From Escherichia phage HC6: 47,726 bases of DNA. Positions 1 through 9,235 of the stretch are shown here, in pieces. Under the pieces are notes generated by a model. That model was not told where the DNA came from. It did no database searches and was given only the letters and a program-made list of their open reading frames with translations. The stretch's first letter is position 1, and every line of letters begins with the position of its first letter. Position numbers and translations under genes: made by a program. The stretch lies in the sequence record OL362274.1; one strand, 5' to 3'.

Positions 1-23
1 CGCCTTTAACCGAGGATTCAATA

Positions 24-536
24 ATGCGACCCTTAAAAGAAGAAAAACTCACGCAAGACAGGCTGAAAGAGTTGCTGCATTATAACCATGATACTGGTAT
101 TTTCACATGGGTTCAGCGCGCCTCAAAAAGCGTAAGAGTTGGTAATTCAGCTGGCAGTAAGAATAAGTCAGGCTATATAGATATACGCATCGATAAGTCT
201 TTACACAAAGCTCATCGGCTTGCGTGGCTTTACATTTATGGTGTGTGGCCCAATGGGAAAATAGATCACATCAATAACGTGAAGACAGATAACAGAATCT
301 GCAACCTGAGAGAAGCAAGCAATAATGAAAACGGATGGAATGCTGGTAAACCATCGACAAATACGTCAGGAGTAAAAGGTGTGAGTTGGGATGCAGAGAA
401 AAATAAATGGAAGGCGCATTGCAGGGTTTTTGGGAAAAAATATACAGTAGGTAGGTTTTCATCAAAAGAATATGCTGAGAGAGCCGTGGCGGAGTTCAGA
501 GAGAAACATCACGGGGAGTTTTTTAATCATGGCTAG
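24..536 (+). CDS. HNH homing endonuclease with AP2-like DNA-binding domain
   Basis: 170 aa; HRLAWLYIYG...IDHIN...DNRICNLR HNH signature then GVKGVSW...KW.A AP2-like motif; clear paralog of 37495..38121; stop overlaps terminase ATG. Confidence 0.8.
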   Translation: MRPLKEEKLTQDRLKELLHYNHDTGIFTWVQRASKSVRVGNSAGSKNKSGYIDIRIDKSLHKAHRLAWLYIYGVWPNGKIDHINNVKTDNRICNLREASNNENGWNAGKPSTNTSGVKGVSWDAEKNKWKAHCRVFGKKYTVGRFSSKEYAERAVAEFREKHHGEFFNHG

Positions 537-1953
537 AAAAAGACTCTCAAGTGTGGCAATCGAAAAACTTGAACAGGCGGTTGGAAACTCAACTTCAAAG
601 CCTGAGTCTGCTGTATTTGGCATTGTTAACAAACTGCTTGCCGATGGTACGCCTAATGTTATAAAGCGCCTAAAAATGACATCAACAGGCGTATCTGAAA
701 CAAACGAAGAACCAACAATCCTCATTCCCGAGAGAATGGAATTACTGCTTTATCCTCGCCGTTTCAAAGTGTTCTATGGAGGTAGGGGCAGCGGAAAGAC
801 GGCTAACGTTGTTTCTTACCTTATAGAAAAGGCAAGATTTCGCAACAGCCGCGTCGGATGTTTCCGTGAGATACAGAACTCAATCAAAGAATCAAGCTAT
901 GCCGAACTGGTTGATGAGATAAACAGAAAAGGCCACGCTCAGGAATACCGTTGCGTGGATGGTGAGATAACACACCACTCAACGAGGTCAAAGTTTGTTT
1001 TCCGTGGCCTTTGGCGAAACATAACCGCAATCAAGGGCATGGCTGGCCTTACAGATGTATTCTGTGAAGAATCAGAAAATATCAGCCAGGTTTCATGGGA
1101 TACGCTAATCCCAACAGTCCGCGCCGCTGGCTCTGAAATTATTATTGTTTTTAACCCAAACAAAGAGACGGACCCGACATGGACTAACTTTGTTGCGCCT
1201 TATATTGACAAGATGGTTGACGGCATATATCAGGATGATGACATCGTTGTTGTTAATGTTAATTACATCCACAACCCGTGGTTCACGGAAGAACTTAAGC
1301 AGCACATGAACCAGATGAAAGCTGTGGATTATGATCGCTACCTTTGGGTGTATGAAGGCTTATTCAACAAGCGGTCTGACGAAGCTGTTCTCGGGGGGAA
1401 ATGGCAAACACTCGACTTTGAACCATCTCCTGAGTGGGGTGGGCCTTACTACGGCATTGACTTTGGTTTTTCTCAGGATGCAACAGCAGCAACTGAATCA
1501 TATGTAGAAGATTTGGGTGATGGACGAAGAAACCTGTATATCTATCGTGACTTTGCAAAGGTTGGCCTTGAGATAACTGACACGCCGGAAGCGATGCGCT
1601 CAGCATTCCCAAATTCAGAGAAGTACAGATGGTATGGGGATTGCGCAAGACCTGAAACAATAAGCCATATACGACGCTCTGGATTCGATATTCATCCGTG
1701 CGCAAAATGGCCGGGGAGCATTGAGGACGGTATTACGTGGCTGCGTGGGTGTGACAGGATTTACGTGCACTCAAGATGCAGGCACGTCATTGAAGAGATG
1801 ACAATGTACAGCTATAAGGTGGACAAATTAACAGGTAACATACTCCCTGATATAGTTGATAAATACAATCACGCGATTGATAGTTTACGCTATGGACTTG
1901 GAGATCACATCGTTCAACGCGGTAGCGGGATGCTAATCCGGCGCAGGCGATAA
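529..1953 (+). CDS. terminase large subunit
   Basis: Walker A YGGRGSGKT about 100 aa in; 475 aa; sits before portal; ATG at 529 in same frame as track ORF 472; roughly 80-aa N-terminal extension makes start uncertain. Confidence 0.85.
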   Translation: MARKRLSSVAIEKLEQAVGNSTSKPESAVFGIVNKLLADGTPNVIKRLKMTSTGVSETNEEPTILIPERMELLLYPRRFKVFYGGRGSGKTANVVSYLIEKARFRNSRVGCFREIQNSIKESSYAELVDEINRKGHAQEYRCVDGEITHHSTRSKFVFRGLWRNITAIKGMAGLTDVFCEESENISQVSWDTLIPTVRAAGSEIIIVFNPNKETDPTWTNFVAPYIDKMVDGIYQDDDIVVVNVNYIHNPWFTEELKQHMNQMKAVDYDRYLWVYEGLFNKRSDEAVLGGKWQTLDFEPSPEWGGPYYGIDFGFSQDATAATESYVEDLGDGRRNLYIYRDFAKVGLEITDTPEAMRSAFPNSEKYRWYGDCARPETISHIRRSGFDIHPCAKWPGSIEDGITWLRGCDRIYVHSRCRHVIEEMTMYSYKVDKLTGNILPDIVDKYNHAIDSLRYGLGDHIVQRGSGMLIRRRR

Positions 1954-1969
1954 ATCCGCATCACCACAC

Positions 1970-2001
1970 TTGACCAATCTACACCGAGCGCATAGTATAA
2001 T
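1970..2001 (+). promoter_or_regulatory. sigma70-like promoter (TTGACC - 17 nt - TAGTAT) overlapping AATCTACAcc motif
   Basis: hexamers read directly; 30 nt upstream of ATG 2030. Confidence 0.4.
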
Positions 2002-2029
2002 CTACATCAGGCTTATCGGAGATATCACT

Positions 2030-2236
2030 ATGCGCAGCTATGCAGGGTTCACACAGGAGGAGAAAGAGCAGGTTTATTCACTGGCTCGGGCTGGTGTGCC
2101 AGATGAGGTGATTTGCCGTCGGTATGACATCGACGAGGATTTCCTGCTGCGCGTTATTGATGATGTCTTCGTTAACCTGCAAGAGAAGCGCGGATATAAA
2201 GGTATCTGCTGCAAGAATGATTTTTTGAGAGGGTGA
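2030..2236 (+). CDS. hypothetical small protein
   Basis: 68 aa from ATG 2030 (MRSYAGFTQEEKEQ...), GGAGA RBS about 8 nt upstream; in frame with track ORF 1970. Confidence 0.45.
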   Translation: MRSYAGFTQEEKEQVYSLARAGVPDEVICRRYDIDEDFLLRVIDDVFVNLQEKRGYKGICCKNDFLRG

Positions 2237-2240
2237 TGTG

Positions 2241-2435
2241 ATGATTAAGATGAGCAAGATGAGCAACAGAAGCAAGGTTTGCAGGATTGCTTTATTGCCA
2301 ATCTTCCTGCCTGTGTGGTTGTTATGGGTTTTATTTTCTGGGGCGAGAAATCTATTTGAGTATCTTGAATTTTGTCAGGCAAAGGTTATACGAAAATTCC
2401 ATGATGTCATTGATAAGTGGTTTCCGCTTGGTTGA
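2241..2435 (+). CDS. small membrane protein
   Basis: 64 aa, hydrophobic LLPIFLPVWLLWVLF; preceded by GAGGGTGATGTG-ATG junction. Confidence 0.5.
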   Translation: MIKMSKMSNRSKVCRIALLPIFLPVWLLWVLFSGARNLFEYLEFCQAKVIRKFHDVIDKWFPLG

Positions 2436-2444
2436 GGTGATGTG

Positions 2445-2612
2445 ATGAAAATTGAAGAAACAGTTAACTGCATGGCGATTAATGTGTTCACGGATTGCGA
2501 TACCATTTGCGTGCAGGATTTCACTGGCGATTATGTCAGGATTGACAAACACCAAGCCGCGCAGCTAATCGAAGTCCTGCAACGCTGGGTTAATGGTGAG
2601 GAAATTGAGTGA
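2445..2612 (+). CDS. hypothetical small protein
   Basis: 55 aa (MKIEETVNCMAINVF...), below track cutoff; GAGGTGATGTG-ATG junction; stop TGA overlaps next ATG. Confidence 0.45.
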   Translation: MKIEETVNCMAINVFTDCDTICVQDFTGDYVRIDKHQAAQLIEVLQRWVNGEEIE

Positions 2613-2797
2613 TGAGTGTTTATTTCATTCATGCTGAAGTGCTTGATGGTGGTGATGTTGTTACCAAGGTTTGCGCGACATCTACGGCATCAAACGCCAG
2701 TGAAGCGTTTGATTGGTTTTTGGGTTGCGAATTGGTTGTAAAGTACGAAATAAAAGGCTACGACGTCATCATTGATAAACTGGAAAAGGTGGAGTGA
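2612..2797 (+). CDS. hypothetical small protein
   Basis: 61 aa; ATG 2612 overlaps upstream TGA; ends ...KVE* within GGTGGAGTGATG junction. Confidence 0.5.
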   Translation: MSVYFIHAEVLDGGDVVTKVCATSTASNASEAFDWFLGCELVVKYEIKGYDVIIDKLEKVE

Positions 2798-3015
2798 TGA
2801 AAGCTGTCAAAACAATCCTGTTCTGCATCATCAACCCGCACCTGATTGTGATGCTAATCTGCGGCGCCATGCTTATTGGCGCGAGAAAGTCGCTTTATTA
2901 TCTTTCCGATAAGCTGGATGACGCGGCGCGTTACATTCAGAAGATTGATCATAAACTCGGGTCGAAGTCATACCCCGCATGGTTCAGATCGCTTGTTGAT
3001 GATGAGGTGGAGTGA
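2797..3015 (+). CDS. small membrane protein
   Basis: 72 aa; TM-like ILFCIINPHLIVMLICGAMLIGA; TGATG overlap at both ends. Confidence 0.5.
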   Translation: MKAVKTILFCIINPHLIVMLICGAMLIGARKSLYYLSDKLDDAARYIQKIDHKLGSKSYPAWFRSLVDDEVE

Positions 3016-3176
3016 TGGCGCTATTCTGGTCGTTCTGGATTCCACTTAATTTTATGTTCTGGTGGTTTATAGCAGCCGGAGTGCAAGAGTCAAGCAAGAT
3101 ACATTTCATGATTAGTTCATTTTTCGCTGTGATGACTGGTGTTGTGCCATGCTTGTTGTATCAATATTTCAAATAG
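3015..3176 (+). CDS. small membrane protein
   Basis: 53 aa (MALFWSFWIPLNFMFWWFIAAG...), below track cutoff; start overlaps upstream stop. Confidence 0.45.
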   Translation: MALFWSFWIPLNFMFWWFIAAGVQESSKIHFMISSFFAVMTGVVPCLLYQYFK

Positions 3177-3186
3177 AGGTGGAGTG

Positions 3187-3384
3187 ATGCATTTCAAATC
3201 ACTAAATACCATAAGGAACGAGATGGTTGGTGGCAAATATAAAAACCACAGAGACGAAGTAGTAACCGTTGTTAATGTTGTTGGCGCTGGCGGTGGTTAT
3301 CAGGTCCATTTTAATTACGGCATGCCATACAATGTGGTTTGCGGACTTGGCAAGTTCAGGCAGCGATACCCGCATAAGGTTTAG
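3187..3384 (+). CDS. hypothetical small protein
   Basis: 65 aa from ATG 3187 after GAGGTGGAGTG; in frame with track ORF 3139. Confidence 0.5.
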   Translation: MHFKSLNTIRNEMVGGKYKNHRDEVVTVVNVVGAGGGYQVHFNYGMPYNVVCGLGKFRQRYPHKV

Positions 3385-3404
3385 CCATATACCATCCATG
3401 CTAT

Positions 3405-3435
3405 AATCCCATCCAACGTGATGGGATTTTTTATT
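3405..3435 (+). terminator. rho-independent terminator
   Basis: ATCCCAT / ATGGGAT 7-bp stem, 8-nt loop, then TTTTTTATT. Confidence 0.6.
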
Positions 3436-3443
3436 GGTGACAT

Positions 3444-4856
3444 ATGTCAAAAATTGATGCACTAAACGCTTATATACGCGACCGCGTAGCGAACAATAAC
3501 CGGGCGATCCAGCAGCAACGGCTTTGCGCTGGCGGGAAGAATCTGGACCAGAAGCGAGAGTTCATGTGGAAGGAACTTGGCTACCCGCAGGAAATCACCG
3601 CCGAGATGTTCCGCTATGCCTATGAGCGACACCCAGCCGCCGCCGCTGGAATTAACCGCATTATTAATAAATGTTGGCAGAAATACCCTGAAGTTGTCGA
3701 AGATGGCGAGGATGACAAGAACTCAACGACATGGGAGCTGTCCATCAACGACATGATGAAGCGCGCCTACCCGTTCATCAAGGAGGCTGATAAGCGCAAC
3801 GCCATCAACCGCTATTCCGCTGTTATCCTGCAAATCCGTGACGGCAAACAGTGGAGTGAGCCTGTAGACATTACAAAAACCCGCCGCATTAAAGATAAAT
3901 CCATCGCTCGCTTTATTCCGGTATGGGAAGAGCAGCTACGCGTTAGCGCATGGAATAACGACGAAACCAGCGAAGACTACGGAATGCCTGAGATGTACGA
4001 ATATCAGGAAAGCGCCGTGGAGGACTTCGATAGCGATGGCAAGCCTGAGCGTTCCGTGCAGATTCACCCTGACCGCATCATCATTCTGGCTGAGGGTAGT
4101 TTTGACGGCAGTATGTTCAGTGGCATCCCGATGTTGCGTGCTGGCTACAATAGCCTTATCGACATGGCTAAGGTTTCAGGTAGTTCAGCAGAAGGATTCC
4201 TGAAGAATGCCAGCCGTCAACTGGCTGTTAACTACACGAAGGACAACGTAACGCCAGCAAGCCTTGCGCAGTCTATGGGTGTCGATATTGAAGAACTCAC
4301 TGACATCATGAATGAGAACATCGAAGCGCTAAACTCAGGCATCGACGCAGCTATGTTCACAATGGGGGCGGATGCAAAGGTGCTTGCCGTAACGCCAGCC
4401 GACCCGAAACCAACATGGGAAGTGGCTGCCAACCAGTTCGCTGCATCAATGGCGCTTCCGTTCACCGTCATTTTTGGTCAGCAAACCGGACGCCTTGCGA
4501 GTGATGAGGACAAGATGCAGGAGGCGATGACAGCCAAGCAGCGCCGCGAAACGTGGGTTGATTATGTCATCTCAATGTTCGTTGAGCGCATGATTCAGTT
4601 CGGCATTGTCGATAAAGCACCGGCAAATGGCTACAAGGTTAAGTGGGATGATCTGCTTGCCCCATCAGAGCTGGATAAAGCTGAATTGCTGTCCAAGCTC
4701 GCCACTGCGAACAAGTCCTTCTTTGATGCTGGTCAATCTGCACTGCTGACCGTCGATGAAGCTCGCGGCATGGTTGGCATGGAGCCAATTGAACTTGACG
4801 AAAGCTATCGCGAAGACACACCGCCGGAAGATGAAAATGAAGATACTCCGGTTTAA
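3444..4856 (+). CDS. portal protein
   Basis: 470 aa; between terminase and Mu F-like gene; acidic C-terminus ([11 protein letters not shown]); assignment by size, position and composition. Confidence 0.7.
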   Translation: MSKIDALNAYIRDRVANNNRAIQQQRLCAGGKNLDQKREFMWKELGYPQEITAEMFRYAYERHPAAAAGINRIINKCWQKYPEVVEDGEDDKNSTTWELSINDMMKRAYPFIKEADKRNAINRYSAVILQIRDGKQWSEPVDITKTRRIKDKSIARFIPVWEEQLRVSAWNNDETSEDYGMPEMYEYQESAVEDFDSDGKPERSVQIHPDRIIILAEGSFDGSMFSGIPMLRAGYNSLIDMAKVSGSSAEGFLKNASRQLAVNYTKDNVTPASLAQSMGVDIEELTDIMNENIEALNSGIDAAMFTMGADAKVLAVTPADPKPTWEVAANQFAASMALPFTVIFGQQTGRLASDEDKMQEAMTAKQRRETWVDYVISMFVERMIQFGIVDKAPANGYKVKWDDLLAPSELDKAELLSKLATANKSFFDAGQSALLTVDEARGMVGMEPIELDESYREDTPPEDENEDTPV

Positions 4857-5787
4857 CGCCAGACTTCCGCAACCCCGCATATCACAGAGCCTGACAGACC
4901 CGTTAGGCGCTGCAACTCGCCTGTCAAAGATGGACAAGGTGATAACGCGCAAATACAAACAACTCAGGACTCGTTCGCTTGAGTTGTTTCGCACCATTCC
5001 GAGCAGTCAGACCAACGCAGAATCAAGTGGTCTGTATTTCTACGATTTCAGTAGTGCGCGTGCCGCTACGTTCATGGATGAGTTACAGGAGCTGGTTGAC
5101 GAGATTCTGCTGGAAGGTGATGATTTTAGTCATGGCAGGATGTGGGCCAATGTGTTCATTGGTGATGCGTATCAGGCGGGGACGCAGAAGGCTAACTCTG
5201 AGCTGTCAAGTCTTTCTCCGGTTTATGCTGAGCAGAGGCCGATTGCCACGATACTCTACAGTGAGCCTTATCTTAATCGACTGCAACTGGCGCACACAGC
5301 AGGATACTCAGACTGGCGCGGGTTGAGTGATTATTCCCGCCAGCAACTGGCATCTGTCATCATGGAAGGCATTGCGCGTGGTGCCAATCCTCGTGATGTT
5401 GAGGATGATATCGTCAAGCGTGTCGATGTATCTCACAGCTACGCAAAACAGATTGCGCAGACTGAAATAACCGGAACGCTGCGGCAGGCAAACAGACGGG
5501 AGGTTATTGAGGCGCGCGAAGAATTAGGTATTGAAACGGTTATGCTGTGGCAATCAGCATTAATGCGCACAACCCGCCAGACGCACGCGGCGAGACACGG
5601 ACTGTTTTACACGCCAGAAGAGATTGACACATTTTATAGCGAGAATGGCAATAGATATAATTGCCACTGCGCCCAGGTACCAACACTGTTAATGGATGGC
5701 AAGCCAGTCATTCTTGAGTCGTCACAGGAAAGGTTAGACAAGCAACGAGATGCGTGGCAATCGGCAAACAAAAAGCCCTCTAAGTGA
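4831..5787 (+). CDS. head morphogenesis protein (Mu F-like minor capsid protein)
   Basis: about 319 aa, resembles Mu F-like head morphogenesis proteins by recollection; start could be ATG 4831, 4837 (GGAAG RBS 6 nt upstream) or 4930; overlaps portal end. Confidence 0.75.
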   Translation: MKMKILRFNARLPQPRISQSLTDPLGAATRLSKMDKVITRKYKQLRTRSLELFRTIPSSQTNAESSGLYFYDFSSARAATFMDELQELVDEILLEGDDFSHGRMWANVFIGDAYQAGTQKANSELSSLSPVYAEQRPIATILYSEPYLNRLQLAHTAGYSDWRGLSDYSRQQLASVIMEGIARGANPRDVEDDIVKRVDVSHSYAKQIAQTEITGTLRQANRREVIEAREELGIETVMLWQSALMRTTRQTHAARHGLFYTPEEIDTFYSENGNRYNCHCAQVPTLLMDGKPVILESSQERLDKQRDAWQSANKKPSK

Positions 5788-5799
5788 GGGCTTGGTTTT
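5771..5799. terminator. bidirectional hairpin terminator
   Basis: GCCCTC / GAGGGC stem enclosing the head-morphogenesis stop codon; T-run on minus strand, weaker on plus. Confidence 0.45.
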
Positions 5800-5870
5800 A
5801 TCTTATCAGCATGCACAGAACAAATACTATTATCGCATAGCACAATATCTCTACGACGCTGAATATTGTT

Positions 5871-6521
5871 TTAATCATCAAGTTTCACGCCGGGAATTTT
5901 GCCTGCTGCGATGGCTTCATAAATTAGCTTGGCCCCATCCTCGCGCTTGTAATCTTGCGCCACCATTTCTAATACCGCACAGATAGATTCAAGTACGGCC
6001 TCATGTTTCCTTTCTGCTTCTGTGCGTAGTGGTTTTAGGCTTTCCGGTACGAAGCAGCATGACCGACCAGCACCACCTTCATCCCAATAGCAAACAGCAA
6101 CATCGTTTCCGTCCGTTGTTGTCTTGTGCGCCACAACTTCCATTTCAGTGCCGGCATCAGGAATCCAGGCATTGCGGTATCCTAACTTTGGATTGATGAA
6201 GAATTCTACTTTTGCACCAACTGGAGGTAGGCCTTCGCCGCTCCATGTTGGCTTTTGTGATGCTGCGAGTGCGGATTCGTATTGGCTTCTAGTTACCATT
6301 GCCTTCGTACTGTCGCATGATAAAACAACATCATTATCAACTCGCCAGTATCCAACTAAACCCTTTCCTGTTCTGTGTCTCCAGCCAAATCCATTGTATC
6401 TTGGGTCATCATAACGCCAGCAACAGAAATAGCCGTCGGCATCTTGCGTAACCACCACCCAGTTTTCGTTCCACCCACCACGCTTAGGTAATTCTTGAAC
6501 TAACAGTTCGATAAGTTTCAT
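5871..6521 (-). CDS. hypothetical protein
   Basis: 216 aa; last gene of minus-strand island; no motif recognised. Confidence 0.6.
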   Translation of the reverse strand: MKLIELLVQELPKRGGWNENWVVVTQDADGYFCCWRYDDPRYNGFGWRHRTGKGLVGYWRVDNDVVLSCDSTKAMVTRSQYESALAASQKPTWSGEGLPPVGAKVEFFINPKLGYRNAWIPDAGTEMEVVAHKTTTDGNDVAVCYWDEGGAGRSCCFVPESLKPLRTEAERKHEAVLESICAVLEMVAQDYKREDGAKLIYEAIAAGKIPGVKLDD

Positions 6522-6522
6522 T

Positions 6523-6774
6523 TCATTCTCCTAGCGCTTTGTTGATTGCATCCTGTGCTGATTTAATCACTTCTGGGTATGCGTCATTCCAGTTTTGCTT
6601 ATACGCTTTACTGAGCATTTTCTGCAAAGCCTCCAGAAGCTCAGGTGCTGCAGCGATGACGTTGGCATCATCCTTATTGGTAACATCGCACACGAATTGG
6701 TCGCCATTACTATAGACCCCACCAAGTTCATCATCGTAATGCCACGACCCCGGGATTCCTTTAAATTCTTTCAT
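6523..6774 (-). CDS. hypothetical protein
   Basis: 83 aa from ATG 6774 (MKEFKGIPGSW...), GAGGT RBS; track ORF starts 6786 at GTG. Confidence 0.55.
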   Translation of the reverse strand: MKEFKGIPGSWHYDDELGGVYSNGDQFVCDVTNKDDANVIAAAPELLEALQKMLSKAYKQNWNDAYPEVIKSAQDAINKALGE

Positions 6775-6782
6775 AACCAACC

Positions 6783-6926
6783 TCACTTAATATATTCAAT
6801 GATTTCGCATTCACGCATCTGCACCAGACCAAATGGCGCAACCACTTTACCGCACGGACGAATTTTGATTTGCTCAAGGTTGAACATTCTGCGGCATCCT
6901 GTTTCATTGAATTTGACTATTACCAT
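6783..6926 (-). CDS. hypothetical small protein
   Basis: 47 aa (MVIVKFNETGCRRMF...); AAGGTGA RBS 5 nt before ATG; below track cutoff. Confidence 0.4.
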   Translation of the reverse strand: MVIVKFNETGCRRMFNLEQIKIRPCGKVVAPFGLVQMRECEIIEYIK

Positions 6927-6935
6927 GATTTCACC

Positions 6936-7319
6936 TTAAAAAATAATTAATGTAGGCTGCAATTCTTCTTCATACCAGGTCCAACCAATGCACTGACCTT
7001 CCATTGCGTCAATGTGAGGCTTTACCCAATCCAAAAATGCCTGAATCTCACCGCTATAGTTTTTGATATCGCTACGGCTGAAGATGTATTGCTCTTCGCT
7101 ATAGTCAAATTTTGGGCAACTATTAACTACGGATGGGTGATGGTAAAAGCTACAGCAGTTACCAATAGAATCCCAGCGCGGCAGTGTAAAAAATTCATGG
7201 TCAGGGAGCTTTGCTGGCTTGTCGGCACCAGCAAACATATACCGGATTACATCCATCACTTCCTTTGGCGCATCTCCCTTAATCTGACACTTAAGAACTA
7301 GCTCTGTGTACATTCCCAT
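6936..7319 (-). CDS. hypothetical protein
   Basis: 127 aa; first gene of minus-strand island; no motif recognised. Confidence 0.6.
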   Translation of the reverse strand: MGMYTELVLKCQIKGDAPKEVMDVIRYMFAGADKPAKLPDHEFFTLPRWDSIGNCCSFYHHPSVVNSCPKFDYSEEQYIFSRSDIKNYSGEIQAFLDWVKPHIDAMEGQCIGWTWYEEELQPTLIIF

Positions 7320-7340
7320 CTTTTATTCCTCACTGTTTGG

Positions 7341-7382
7341 TTGATGTAGATAATATGCACCACCACTCAATCTACGTCAACA
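7341..7382. promoter_or_regulatory. divergent promoter region with paired TCTACRYCA motifs
   Basis: TTGATGTAGATAAT (inverted copy) and TCAATCTACGTCAACA between divergent genes 7319 and 7424. Confidence 0.4.
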
Positions 7383-7423
7383 CCATTGTGATAGAATTAA
7401 TTATTATTTGAACAGGAGGCAGA

Positions 7424-7864
7424 ATGAAACTATCGCAACGCGGCAAAGAACTAATCAAGTCGTTCGAGGGTTTTGAGCTTCGTGCTTATCCCGACCCAGC
7501 GACTGGTGGCGCCCCGTGGACCGCTGGTTATGGTCACACTGGTGCAGACGTTAAGCCCGGAATGACAGTGACGCAGGAGATGGCTAATGCATGGCTGGAT
7601 GGTGACGTGAAGAGGTTTGAGGATGGCGTATCGGCGCTGCTAACCGCACCAACCACTCAGTCGCAATTCGATGCAATGGTGTCGTTGGCATACAACATTG
7701 GTCTTGGCAACTTCCGCAAATCAACCCTGCTACGCAAGCATAACGAGAAATGCTACACCTGTGCTGCCAGCCAATTCCTCGTGTGGAATCGCGCCGCTGG
7801 TAAGGTTATGAATGGCCTGACACGGAGGCGTAACGCGGAACGCGCTATGTATATGGGGCAATGA
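7424..7864 (+). CDS. endolysin (GH24 lysozyme)
   Basis: 146 aa; AGGAGG RBS; LRAYPDP, GYGHTG and LAYNIG motifs resemble lambda R / P22 gp19-type lysozymes. Confidence 0.85.
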   Translation: MKLSQRGKELIKSFEGFELRAYPDPATGGAPWTAGYGHTGADVKPGMTVTQEMANAWLDGDVKRFEDGVSALLTAPTTQSQFDAMVSLAYNIGLGNFRKSTLLRKHNEKCYTCAASQFLVWNRAAGKVMNGLTRRRNAERAMYMGQ

Positions 7865-8100
7865 AAAAGCTAAGCAACTGGCTGCTCGGCGCGTGGATTT
7901 CGTTCTGCTCACTGTTGCAGCTGTGGCCTGATGCAATGATGCATGTGTGGGTAATGATGCCTGATGACCTGAAAGCGGCGCTACCGCCAATCGTGGTTAA
8001 AGGTGTAAGCTACTCAATTATGCTTGTCGGCATCCTCGGCAAAATGCACGGCATGAGGAAGGAAAACCGGAGGCTGCGCGATGATGTCGATTCTCGCTAA
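7861..8100 (+). CDS. putative holin
   Basis: 79 aa with two hydrophobic segments and basic C-terminus; ATGA overlap with endolysin stop; function inferred from position. Confidence 0.45.
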   Translation: MKKLSNWLLGAWISFCSLLQLWPDAMMHVWVMMPDDLKAALPPIVVKGVSYSIMLVGILGKMHGMRKENRRLRDDVDSR

Positions 8101-8572
8101 ATACTGGCGACCACTAGTAATTATTATAATTGTTGCTGCTGGCGCGTTGTGGGTAGCAAATAAAGTATCCAGCTATGGCGAGCAGCAATATGCCGCTGGA
8201 TATGCAAAAGCAATCGCAGACCAGAAGGCCGCAGACAAACAAGAGGAGCAACGACGCAATGCAGAACTGCAAAAGATTCAGGCCGACGCACAGCAAAGGA
8301 TTGATGCTGCGCGTAATGATGCTGTTAATGCTGCTGCTAAGTCTGGCAGGTTGCAGCAACAACTCACCAGTATCCGCAAGCAGCTCGTCGGATATTCCAC
8401 CGCTGAGTCCATTGGCAACCCAGCCGCAGATACCGGAGTTTTGCTTGCCGATGTGCTCAGCAAATCTATCGAAAGAAATCGACAACTGGCAGATTATGCT
8501 GACAGGGCAAGAGAAGCGGGATTAGCGTGTGAGGCGCAGTATAATTCGCTGCGCAATAAAAAAGCCCCGTGA
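8081..8572 (+). CDS. i-spanin (Rz-like)
   Basis: 163 aa; N-terminal TM (WRPLVIIIIVAAGALWVA), then Q/A/R-rich coiled-coil-like region; directly after lysin and holin. Confidence 0.7.
   Translation: MMSILAKYWRPLVIIIIVAAGALWVANKVSSYGEQQYAAGYAKAIADQKAADKQEEQRRNAELQKIQADAQQRIDAARNDAVNAAAKSGRLQQQLTSIRKQLVGYSTAESIGNPAADTGVLLADVLSKSIERNRQLADYADRAREAGLACEAQYNSLRNKKAP
8316..8525 (+). CDS. o-spanin (Rz1-like lipoprotein) embedded in i-spanin gene
   Basis: +1 frame inside 8081..8572; MMLLMLLLSLAG-C lipobox; Pro-rich mature part; 69 aa. Confidence 0.65.
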   Translation: MMLLMLLLSLAGCSNNSPVSASSSSDIPPLSPLATQPQIPEFCLPMCSANLSKEIDNWQIMLTGQEKRD

Positions 8573-8590
8573 TGGGGCTTGTGTTTAATT
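8557..8590. terminator. bidirectional rho-independent terminator
   Basis: AAAAAA-GCCCC-gtgat-GGGGC-TTGTGTTT; T-run on both strands; between convergent gene blocks. Confidence 0.6.
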
Positions 8591-8740
8591 GGTTTGCTCA
8601 GACTCTTCTCTCTGCTTCCACATCTGCTTCAGCTGAAAATAAGCATACGCCTCATCTCCATCTTTCGCATTGCGTTCCATTTTCTCACACCATGCCGATG
8701 GTTTTGGCGGCTCATTCTGCTGGCAGTGTTGTTGGCTCAT
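8585..8740 (-). CDS. hypothetical small protein
   Basis: 51 aa from ATG 8740; track ORF extends to 8803; overlapped by plus-strand ORF 8569..8790, so uncertain. Confidence 0.3.
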   Translation of the reverse strand: MSQQHCQQNEPPKPSAWCEKMERNAKDGDEAYAYFQLKQMWKQREESEQTN

Positions 8741-8786
8741 TAACAGATTCCTCGGCCATAGCTTCAACGATGCGTACCAGTGAACA

Positions 8787-9020
8787 CTAAAGATTAGGTG
8801 CATTGTAATTACCCGCCAAAAACAGGACGCTACCCGTGCTAATCAGCACCTGTTTCGCGTTTGCCTGTGACAGATTCTGCACGATGAATTGCGCTGTTTC
8901 TGTGCCGATTTTCAGCACTGCGCTGCCGTCGCTATTCAGTGATACCAGCTGTGCGGACGTGTCAGCAATGTTGGTAAAGTTCGCGTTTCGTTGCGCGATG
9001 GTGATATCGCAGAATGACAT
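8787..9020 (-). CDS. hypothetical protein
   Basis: 77 aa track ORF in minus-strand block. Confidence 0.5.
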   Translation of the reverse strand: MSFCDITIAQRNANFTNIADTSAQLVSLNSDGSAVLKIGTETAQFIVQNLSQANAKQVLISTGSVLFLAGNYNAPNL

Positions 9021-9022
9021 TT

Positions 9023-9235
9023 TTATGCTCCTGTGTTGAAGTGAATTTTGCCGTTTTCGCCATGTGTTGCCGGTTCGATTGTCACTGTGATTGTAGGCTC
9101 TCCAAAAGAAGGGATGTTGAACTGGAAGTCAATTACGCCAGCAACCATGCGTCCATCCTGATCGACAATCATACTTCTGCCATTAACTTGCTCAACATGG
9201 AGATACACTGGCTCGTCATATTTAGGTAGCGACAT
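9023..9235 (-). CDS. hypothetical protein
   Basis: 70 aa track ORF, tightly packed. Confidence 0.5.
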   Translation of the reverse strand: MSLPKYDEPVYLHVEQVNGRSMIVDQDGRMVAGVIDFQFNIPSFGEPTITVTIEPATHGENGKIHFNTGA

